The notes beneath the pieces are model-generated. The model saw only the letters and a program-made list of their open reading frames with translations, did no database searches and had not been told where the DNA came from. DNA of 64,000 nucleotides from SAR202 cluster bacterium Io17-Chloro-G4 (GTDB lineage Bacteria > Chloroflexota > Dehalococcoidia > Lucifugimonadales > UBA3495). Where the stretch lies: contig MUCR01000019.1 of the NCBI GenBank assembly GCA_002816455.1, positions 107-64,106 on the forward strand, given 5' to 3'. Numbering within the stretch: position 1 is the first letter of the stretch; each line of letters begins with the position of its first letter. Both the position numbers and the translations under genes were made by a program. Shown here in pieces: positions 57,253 to 64,000 of this stretch.

Positions 57253-57963
57253 TTAGTGGAGCAATGCCCACCCGGGCAGGTAACCGTTTGCTTTCCTGAC
57301 CTCAGATTCCAGATGCTGGCAGTCAGGTTCTAGCCGGCTGAAAAGCTTCCAAAATTCAGGTGCGTGGTTTGGCTCCTTTATATGGCAGAGTTCGTGCAAG
57401 AACACGTGCCGAACAAGCCGCTTTGGGAGGAACAGAAGGCTCCTATTTAGGCTTATGTTCCCAGTCTGGGAGCAGCTGGCCCACCGTGTGGCCTGTCCTC
57501 TAACAGTAGAATTCCGAAATGAAATGCCAACTTCACGGCTGACTTCTTTAATCCATGGAATCAGATGCGCTTGGGCCTTCTGGTGGAGCCACTTAGTTAA
57601 CACCGAAGAAACTCCTTTAATATCGTTGGCGTCGCCTTCTACCAATAGTTGGTTTGGAGAATTTTCTTTGACCGACGATTTAGCACTCGAAGGAGAAAGT
57701 GGTTGGTAATCGATTTTCCAGAGATCGCCAATTGAGATTAGGTTGATGTAATCAGGAGCGACTATGGGAGGAGATTCCTCTATTTCTCGTAATTCTTTCT
57801 CGATCCATTCTCGGTTGGCTTGGATTATTTCTGGCAGCCTCCGTTTACCGAACCGCGTGGGAATAACAACCTCTAGACCGTTCACTCCCACTCTTAGAAT
57901 GACTCGTTTGGCTCGGCGGCTTTCCCGCAGCGTGTAGTCGATCTTGCTTTCCCGCATCTTCAT
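57253..57963 (-). CDS. YgjP/DUF45 (M48-like) zinc metallopeptidase family protein
   Basis: RESRRAKR, TRWASCS..GNISLN, HELCH..NHAPEFW. Confidence 0.9.
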   Translation of the reverse strand: MKMRESKIDYTLRESRRAKRVILRVGVNGLEVVIPTRFGKRRLPEIIQANREWIEKELREIEESPPIVAPDYINLISIGDLWKIDYQPLSPSSAKSSVKENSPNQLLVEGDANDIKGVSSVLTKWLHQKAQAHLIPWIKEVSREVGISFRNSTVRGQATRWASCSQTGNISLNRSLLFLPKRLVRHVFLHELCHIKEPNHAPEFWKLFSRLEPDCQHLESEVRKANGYLPGWALLH

Positions 57964-57981
57964 CTCGTTATACTAATCGGT

Positions 57982-59166
57982 ATGTCCGCGCGAATAGTGA
58001 TTAAGGCCCCAGTAGTTGCGGTTATTATCTTTGCCGCCCTCGCCTGCGGCACATCGGCGACCGCATCCCCGTTGTTTGACACCGTGGCGCCCACGGCAAC
58101 GGCGGAGCCGACGGAGACTCCGGTTACGCCTAATACCGTCACTCCAACACCCATCGTATACTCCATAGCGCCCAGGGATACGCCCCGTCCACGGCCTGAC
58201 CGGACAGTAAACCCAGTCATTGTAATCCCAACGTCCACGCCCACTCGAGTTCCTCCCCCAACGCCAGCGCCAACACCTACTCCTACCGCCACACCAACAC
58301 CTACACCCACGCCCACACCTACTCCGGCACCGCCGCCCACTCAAACCCCTACTGTGCAGGAGCTGACCCTCACTCCGACGGCTCCACCAATTGCGACGCC
58401 CACACCTGCACCCACGCCAAATCTCAAACCGGTGATAAATGTCACGGATTCAATAATCACCGGTAACACAACGTGGAATTCATCGTATCAATATGCTGTT
58501 GCCGAAGACCTGCAGATTGCGGTCGGGAGCTCTCTAACTATACTGCCGGGGGCCACGGTGATTTTTACTGACTCCACAATGTTCGTGTTCGGCACACTTA
58601 ATGCGGTAGGCACCGCCGATGAACCCATTGTCTTCACATCCGAGACAAGGTGGCAGGGGATCAGGATTCTAAATCCCTTTGACAATTCGGTGATTGTGAA
58701 CGGGATTATCGAGAAGGTAAACGGCACCGCACTGGATATAAATAGGGGTTTACTCAACTTAAGCGATAGTATTGTTCGCTCATCGACACAGGGTATCCGG
58801 GTGAGAAGCAATGGCGCGACCATCGTCTACAACGAGATTTATTCCAACGACATCGGGGTATTAGGCGGAGGGGAGATGTCGTTTAATCTCTCGGGCAACA
58901 CGATCCGAGACAACGTTGTGGGCATTTCGATCGATGGTCCATTGGGCACACTAACGTTCAGCGGCAATAACATTGTGCACAACGTGGGTGCGAACTTAGA
59001 AGTTACAGGCGTGGGTGATTCGATTGTAGACGCCTTTAGCAACTGGTGGGGTACAGCCGATGCCGTGCTAGTTGAAGGAACGATTCGCCACCAATTCGAC
59101 TATGCTTCTCTGCCATTGGTGGTGTACGAACCGGTGGCTACAGCTCCGATATTAGATGTCCGTTAG
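57982..59166 (+). CDS. Lipoprotein with a Pro/Thr-rich stalk and right-handed beta-helix domain
   Basis: Lipobox ALAC, (TP)n tract, SLTILPGATV, GTADEPIVFTS..WQGI, DAFSNWWGT. Confidence 0.82.
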   Translation: MSARIVIKAPVVAVIIFAALACGTSATASPLFDTVAPTATAEPTETPVTPNTVTPTPIVYSIAPRDTPRPRPDRTVNPVIVIPTSTPTRVPPPTPAPTPTPTATPTPTPTPTPTPAPPPTQTPTVQELTLTPTAPPIATPTPAPTPNLKPVINVTDSIITGNTTWNSSYQYAVAEDLQIAVGSSLTILPGATVIFTDSTMFVFGTLNAVGTADEPIVFTSETRWQGIRILNPFDNSVIVNGIIEKVNGTALDINRGLLNLSDSIVRSSTQGIRVRSNGATIVYNEIYSNDIGVLGGGEMSFNLSGNTIRDNVVGISIDGPLGTLTFSGNNIVHNVGANLEVTGVGDSIVDAFSNWWGTADAVLVEGTIRHQFDYASLPLVVYEPVATAPILDVR

Positions 59167-59270
59167 CTGATTCCGCAGCCACCGCAACCTGATGCGGTTC
59201 CATAATGCAGTTCGATGACCGTTAGCCCTTCAAAAACCCCTTTTCGCTATAGTCAATTCCGTAACTAGAC

Positions 59271-60446
59271 TCAGCCACCTTCCTCCGCCAAACGCTTGAT
59301 CCCTTGGACCGTCAGGTTCATGTTGGCGCGGTGCTGTTCCTGGCGGCTGGCCAGTATTTGGGCCGCTTTGTCGGGGTTTTCCACCATGGCGGTGCCTGTG
59401 GCGGACAACCTTGGCCCGATGACCAGGCTCTGGCGCAGCCGGGTGCCTCCGGGGATTTTTTCCAAGTCAAACCGCCACTGGGCGCTGGGGTCCTCCCTGT
59501 CGTTTACGTTCCAAGCAAATGCTTTGGGCGGGTCGCAAGCAACGACCCACGAAGTTGTCTGCCATTTCCGGTCCACGTCGGTCCGTTCGTTCCTGCCAAT
59601 GAATGATGCGCCTACTTTCGGACCACCGGAGGGGCCGTCGGCGTCTATCCATTCTGCGCCTTGGAACTCCTTGCTGAATTGAGCTCCGATGTTGATATCG
59701 CTGACCAGTTCCCACACACGCTCAGGCGAAGCCGAAATGTCCACCTCGACTGCCACGCCGGGCAATCCGTCAAGAAGGGAACTTCCATGATCCGAGTCGG
59801 CGGCCATTCGTTGTTTGGTGAACCCCCACCGGTCGAACCACATAATTTCCGAGGCGGGCCTCCGGGAAGCGGGCTTAAAATCCGTGCCGATAGTCCAAGC
59901 CACCGGGAGCAGCACGATTTGGGTCACGCCATCGGGAATACCCAGCAGCTCGGCGAACTCTTTGGATTTACTAAGGTGAATGGTGGTCCAAGCGGAACCC
60001 AGCCCTCGGGCGCGTAGGGCAAGACAGAAGCTCCAAGCCGATTGGATGACGGAGTCGAAAAGACCCGGCCGGCCGCTACCGTCATGGGATCCCAATACCG
60101 TGACCAAGACAATTGCGGGAACTCGTTCCAGGTTTGCGGCTAAATGGGCCGCCGATTCCACTACGGCTTCTTTGGGGTGGCCGGAGCCTCGGCGATCCTC
60201 GGCCCTTTTAATTGTCTCGCTACCGCCGGCAGCCCGGTAGAGCTCTGCTATCTTTGCCTTGGTCTCCGGGTCTTTAACGACAATCCAGCGTCGGCTGGTA
60301 ATGTCTCCTCCAGACGGCGCCTGTTCCGCCAGCTCGATACAGCGGCGCAACAGTTCATCGGGAACGTCCCGGTCAAAGTCCAGCCGGCGGCGGACCGCCC
60401 GCGTCGTGCTCAATAGTTCGTCGGTTTGGTTAAGGTCAAAGGCCAT
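59271..60446 (-). CDS. Nitroreductase family protein fused to an SRPBCC/polyketide cyclase domain
   Basis: STTRAVRRRLDF, AEQAPSG, WSFCLALRARGLGSAWTT; then ISASPERVWELVSD..VGASFIGRN. Confidence 0.87.
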   Translation of the reverse strand: MAFDLNQTDELLSTTRAVRRRLDFDRDVPDELLRRCIELAEQAPSGGDITSRRWIVVKDPETKAKIAELYRAAGGSETIKRAEDRRGSGHPKEAVVESAAHLAANLERVPAIVLVTVLGSHDGSGRPGLFDSVIQSAWSFCLALRARGLGSAWTTIHLSKSKEFAELLGIPDGVTQIVLLPVAWTIGTDFKPASRRPASEIMWFDRWGFTKQRMAADSDHGSSLLDGLPGVAVEVDISASPERVWELVSDINIGAQFSKEFQGAEWIDADGPSGGPKVGASFIGRNERTDVDRKWQTTSWVVACDPPKAFAWNVNDREDPSAQWRFDLEKIPGGTRLRQSLVIGPRLSATGTAMVENPDKAAQILASRQEQHRANMNLTVQGIKRLAEEGG

Positions 60447-60622
60447 GGAGCACCTCATTGTTGGTTGAATGGGGCATAAGTGGACAACAGCTCTGGAAGG
60501 GGCCGGATATAAGAGTTCCTTCCAACCCGCAAGTTCTCTAATGTAGCGTCAGTCCTTTGTTGGACTTTGATGCGGGAGGAGGCAGAGAAGGTGTTAGGCG
60601 AGCGGATGTGCTGCCGAAATAG

Positions 60623-61024
60623 TTATTCCCTGAGAGCAGCGCCGACGGTGTGCCACTCAGCCCCTTCCTCGCCCGGCTCGGGGAGGATGACGCCTTCTTC
60701 CATGAAGTGGGACGCTGGAATTTCGCCGATTCTTCCGGAAATTTCCGACAATGGAACACCGGCCACTTCGCTGAACGTGGCCTTCAATCCGTCAAGGATC
60801 TGGTGTTTTACTTCGGCGGACCTACCTGCCCGGTTGATGCCGTCGATAAAATAGGGAGCGCCATCCTCTGAACCGGCCTTGGAGGCGTCAAAGAACATCA
60901 CGTGCACGAAGTGCCTGGGCGCCCCGGTTATCCCGCAGTGGACGTCCGTAAAGCCTTCGGCAATCTGAGCCTTGGCATCAGAGGGTATTGAGTTTTTGGG
61001 GATATGGCACTTGTAAAGCGGCAT
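60623..61024 (-). CDS. Tautomerase superfamily protein, cis-CaaD/Cg10062-like
   Basis: Pro-1 (MPLY), TDVH, NRAGRS, FMEEGVILPEPGEE. Confidence 0.82.
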   Translation of the reverse strand: MPLYKCHIPKNSIPSDAKAQIAEGFTDVHCGITGAPRHFVHVMFFDASKAGSEDGAPYFIDGINRAGRSAEVKHQILDGLKATFSEVAGVPLSEISGRIGEIPASHFMEEGVILPEPGEEGAEWHTVGAALRE

Positions 61025-61056
61025 GAGGTTTTCCTCCTTGACGGACTAATTATAGG

Positions 61057-61383
61057 CTAATTGGGGTGGTCAGTGGCGGCCACTACGACTTCGTCAACGG
61101 CGCACCCGGTCGTTCGCCTCCACATGTCCTCAATGTCTTTCAAGAGTTGGGTTCTTAATTGGGATTCACATCCAGGCGGTATGGTGCCCATAACCAGAGA
61201 GGTCCTGGATGGTTCCCCGCCTTTGAATCCCGATCCCTCCGGCACCTCCGTGAAGGATACCCGCACAGATTCGGCAGGCTCTCCCAGCAGAGACGTACAG
61301 ACGGCGACCGGTCCGGTGGTCAAGCCAGGGCGAAGGTCGGCTGCGATGACCCCTTCTTGGACGATGCATTCAAAATCTATCAT
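61057..61383 (-). CDS. Tautomerase-fold protein lacking Pro-1
   Basis: VRVSFTEVPEGSGFKGG..RTQLLKDIEDMW..TGCAVDEVVV; AGGA SD. Confidence 0.6.
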   Translation of the reverse strand: MIDFECIVQEGVIAADLRPGLTTGPVAVCTSLLGEPAESVRVSFTEVPEGSGFKGGEPSRTSLVMGTIPPGCESQLRTQLLKDIEDMWRRTTGCAVDEVVVAATDHPN

Positions 61384-61434
61384 AATTTCCTCAGTTCGGT
61401 CCCGGTCGAATTACCGAGGAAAGAATCCAGTCCC

Positions 61435-62451
61435 CTACTTCTCCAACTTTATAAACCGGCCGCCGATGAGCCACTCGGCGACGTAGAGGTTGCCCTGAGC
61501 GTCGACAGCCATGCCATGGGGGCTGTTGAACTTGCCGGCTTCCAGCATGGCCGTGGGCACCAAGTCGCCGGTGGCGTTGCGGTTGTTGGGCCAGCCGTCC
61601 ACCGTGCATACCTGCTCGTTGTCGCCCAAGTAGCAGAGTAGGTTGTCGTCCTTGTCCAGCACCGCCAGGCGGGCTCGAAGCTCAGCCACCACCATCAAGT
61701 CTCCGTGGGTGACGAACCCGCTGGGGCTGGAGAGAAACTCCGAGCCGAAGACCCGGTTGAATCGGCCCTCAAGGTCGTAGACTTGTACCCGGTGGTTCGT
61801 TCGGTCAGCCACGTACAACTCTCCGTCGCTCCGGCGCCGGTCAATAAAGATACCGTGAGGACAAGCGAACCTGCCAGCCTGGCCTTCATCGCCGTTTATG
61901 CTGCTCAAGTATTCGCCAGCTGTGCTGAACCGGTGAATGTAGCTCTCGCCATAGCCGTCGGTGACCCAGATATCGCCGTTGCCACCATGACGCTTCTCGT
62001 TTACCGCCACGAAGGTGGGCGAATAATTGCCCTCTCGATAGATGGGCAGGTCCGGTTTGGGCAGTGTGGCTATTATTTCTCCGTTCAAAGTAGTCTTGAT
62101 GACTTTGCCCGAGTAGGGGCCGGTGCTAGGCGGGTAATCATAGCCTAGCTGAAACTGACGCTTGCGACCGTTGTCCGCAATCCACAGGTACTCCGTTGCG
62201 CCCTCTTTTACCAACGTTATTCCGTGGGCGTCGGCCACCGACAGGTCCCACGTTCGGCGGACGCTACCGGCGCTGTCTAAGACCAGGATTGTGGAGTCGC
62301 CGGGATGATAGGTAATCACGTCCCCAGACTCGGTCACCACCACGCCGTGATGCGCCCAACCGTTCCTGGCGTTCTCGGAATCCGGTAGGGCGGCCCAATC
62401 TTCGTTCCACCCGTATGTGTTATCGCCAATGCCAACACGCATTTTCAACAC
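61435..62451 (-). CDS. NHL-repeat beta-propeller (peptidylglycine lyase-like)
   Basis: AHGITL, IWVTDGYG, FACPHGI, YVADRTNHRVQ, FNSPHGMAVD..LYVAEW. Confidence 0.87.
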   Translation of the reverse strand: MLKMRVGIGDNTYGWNEDWAALPDSENARNGWAHHGVVVTESGDVITYHPGDSTILVLDSAGSVRRTWDLSVADAHGITLVKEGATEYLWIADNGRKRQFQLGYDYPPSTGPYSGKVIKTTLNGEIIATLPKPDLPIYREGNYSPTFVAVNEKRHGGNGDIWVTDGYGESYIHRFSTAGEYLSSINGDEGQAGRFACPHGIFIDRRRSDGELYVADRTNHRVQVYDLEGRFNRVFGSEFLSSPSGFVTHGDLMVVAELRARLAVLDKDDNLLCYLGDNEQVCTVDGWPNNRNATGDLVPTAMLEAGKFNSPHGMAVDAQGNLYVAEWLIGGRFIKLEK

Positions 62452-62478
62452 CGCCTTAATATGGTCCTAGACTAATTT

Positions 62479-63219
62479 TCAGTCAGCGATCACCAAGCGG
62501 TAGCCCAAATCGCACTCTGTAAGCGAGCGGAGGTGGCCGTATCGGGCATCCCAGGCCCCAGACTTGAGGTCTTGCTCCAAATGCGCCACGCCACGGGCGG
62601 TAGCTTTCGGTGACAGTTGGGCCAGGCTGGAAATGCTAGCGCGTACTGAAGGGTCAAGGTATGCCTTGGGCCTCCGCCAATAGGCGCCAGCGAAACCGTC
62701 GGTGCAGTCGGACGGGATGGGCAAGGGCGTCACAGACCGAACTCTCAGGTGGGCTCCCACTTCCTCGACACCCGGCGCACCGACCTCCGCTGGTAACGAT
62801 AATATTTCCGGGAAGTAATCGACCAACCAGAACTCGTGGCTCATTGCCGGTTCAAACAAGACGATGACCTGCTTTCTGGCTACCCGGCGCATTTCCGACA
62901 ATCCGACAGCACAGTCGCTCCAATGATGAAGGGCAAAGGTGGCCAGCGCAGCGTCAAACGCACGGTCTGAGAAAGGCAACGCCTCCGCGACTGCCCGCAC
63001 CGCTGGATGGGCACTGGCGGGACGTTGGTAGAGCATCTCCGAGGCCGGTTCTACGGCTACCATTTGGCGGTTAACCGGTTCATAGTTCCCGGTGCCGGCG
63101 CCCATGTTCACCACAGTTCGGGCGTCACCCAATGCCACGGAGATGGCCCGAGCAATGCGGGTGTCCGGTCTTCGCGCCCGAGCGTACCCAATACCGATAG
63201 CTTCGTAGACTTGCTTCAT
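62479..63219 (-). CDS. Class I SAM-dependent methyltransferase
   Basis: VVNMGAGTGNYEP, AEALPFSDRAFD, HHWSD, DGFAGAYWRRP. Confidence 0.9.
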   Translation of the reverse strand: MKQVYEAIGIGYARARRPDTRIARAISVALGDARTVVNMGAGTGNYEPVNRQMVAVEPASEMLYQRPASAHPAVRAVAEALPFSDRAFDAALATFALHHWSDCAVGLSEMRRVARKQVIVLFEPAMSHEFWLVDYFPEILSLPAEVGAPGVEEVGAHLRVRSVTPLPIPSDCTDGFAGAYWRRPKAYLDPSVRASISSLAQLSPKATARGVAHLEQDLKSGAWDARYGHLRSLTECDLGYRLVIAD

Positions 63220-63302
63220 TCAACGTGACCCCGTGAGCTCGATCCCTTACCTCGATTCTTCACTAAGTGGGGCGTCGGGGAGTAGCAGAACGCCACGCGA
63301 GA

Positions 63303-64000
63303 TTAGGGCGTCAAAATAACTTTGGTGTAGCCGTCGATTCGCTTGTCGAACTTTACGTAAGCGTCGGTGGCATCGTCCAGTGGCACGGTGTGGGAGACGA
63401 CAAAGCCGGGTTTGGCCTTGCCTGCCACTATCATGTCGCGAAGGTAGGCATTATAGCGTTTCACGTTACATTGGCCGGTGCCCAGCCTCAGACCCTTCTC
63501 GAACAGCTTCCCAAAATTGATCGAAAGGGCGCCCTTCTTGGCATTCTCGTCCACTCCCCCCGGGTCTGTAGGCACGTACAGTCCGGGAATACCCAGTGCC
63601 CCCGTCGGGTTGACCACGTCGATTAACTGGTTCAGCACAATGTTAGGGACTTCTTCCTGCTCGCCGCCAGCTGCCGAAGAGCCTGCGGCGGCAGCCTGGT
63701 AGCCAACAGCGTCGATGGCCTTGTCCACGCCTTCGCCGCCTCGCCTGTCCTTGATTTGCTGGACCGGGTCGCCTTGGTCGAAGTTGATGGGAATGCCACC
63801 CAACTCGCTGGCTTTGTTCAGGCGTTCTTGAACGTGGTCGACCACGTAAATCTCGGCGGCGCCCCTTATTACGCAGCTATAGGCAGCCATGATCCCAACC
63901 GGACCGGCGCCGAAGACCGCCACGCTCTCGCCGGGGCTGACGTCGGCCAATACCGCGCCGTGATATCCCGTGGGGAAAATGTCGGCCAGCAAGGCGAAGT
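63303..64000 (-). CDS. fdhA: Glutathione-independent formaldehyde dehydrogenase-like Zn-dependent dehydrogenase (5' end outside the window)
   Basis: LADIFPTGYHG, GAGPVG, IDAVGYQA, GIPGLYV..DPG, GQCNVKRYN. Confidence 0.85.
   Translation of the reverse strand, partial: FALLADIFPTGYHGAVLADVSPGESVAVFGAGPVGIMAAYSCVIRGAAEIYVVDHVQERLNKASELGGIPINFDQGDPVQQIKDRRGGEGVDKAIDAVGYQAAAAGSSAAGGEQEEVPNIVLNQLIDVVNPTGALGIPGLYVPTDPGGVDENAKKGALSINFGKLFEKGLRLGTGQCNVKRYNAYLRDMIVAGKAKPGFVVSHTVPLDDATDAYVKFDKRIDGYTKVILTP

Noticed and set aside
57960-58344. GV-repeat and Arg/Cys-rich ORFs on the minus strand
   Set aside because: Antisense shadows of the Pro/Thr stalk of the lipoprotein.
1-64000. Prophage, transposase, integrase, rRNA or tRNA genes
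   Set aside because: None recognised by eye; a tRNAscan/Rfam/HMM run would be needed to exclude divergent ones.

Overview
Gene-dense, moderately GC-rich bacterial chromosome segment. It is most likely from Chloroflexota/Dehalococcoidia of the SAR202 type; this is inferred from the luciferase-like monooxygenase, several SDRs, MaoC dehydratases, PPOX/F420 enzymes, a VEKIV-repeat binding protein and the obg-nadD gene order. Housekeeping genes are purL, recF, obgE, a nadD-pyrE fusion, iscA-ygfZ, gcvT-H-PA-PB and ctaA-ctaB. The window also carries a glycine betaine-type ABC system, two type II toxin-antitoxin loci, many lipoproteins and three families of small palindromic repeats. I saw no rRNA, tRNA, CRISPR array or transposase. 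Highlights: (1) a candidate metal-sensing translational switch, in which the stop region of a His-rich, membrane-targeted leader ORF ending in PPLEKPPQL forms a perfect 10-bp duplex with the Shine-Dalgarno of a downstream cupredoxin/polyferredoxin-like operon; (2) a probable oriC (tandem DnaA boxes plus DnaA-trios) upstream of obgE with no dnaA beside it; (3) a CxxU selenoprotein missed by the ORF track; (4) an LprG-P55-like lipid export pair outside Actinobacteria; (5) a NadD-PyrE fusion; (6) an ObgE with altered G1/G3 motifs. All calls were made by eye, with no database searches.
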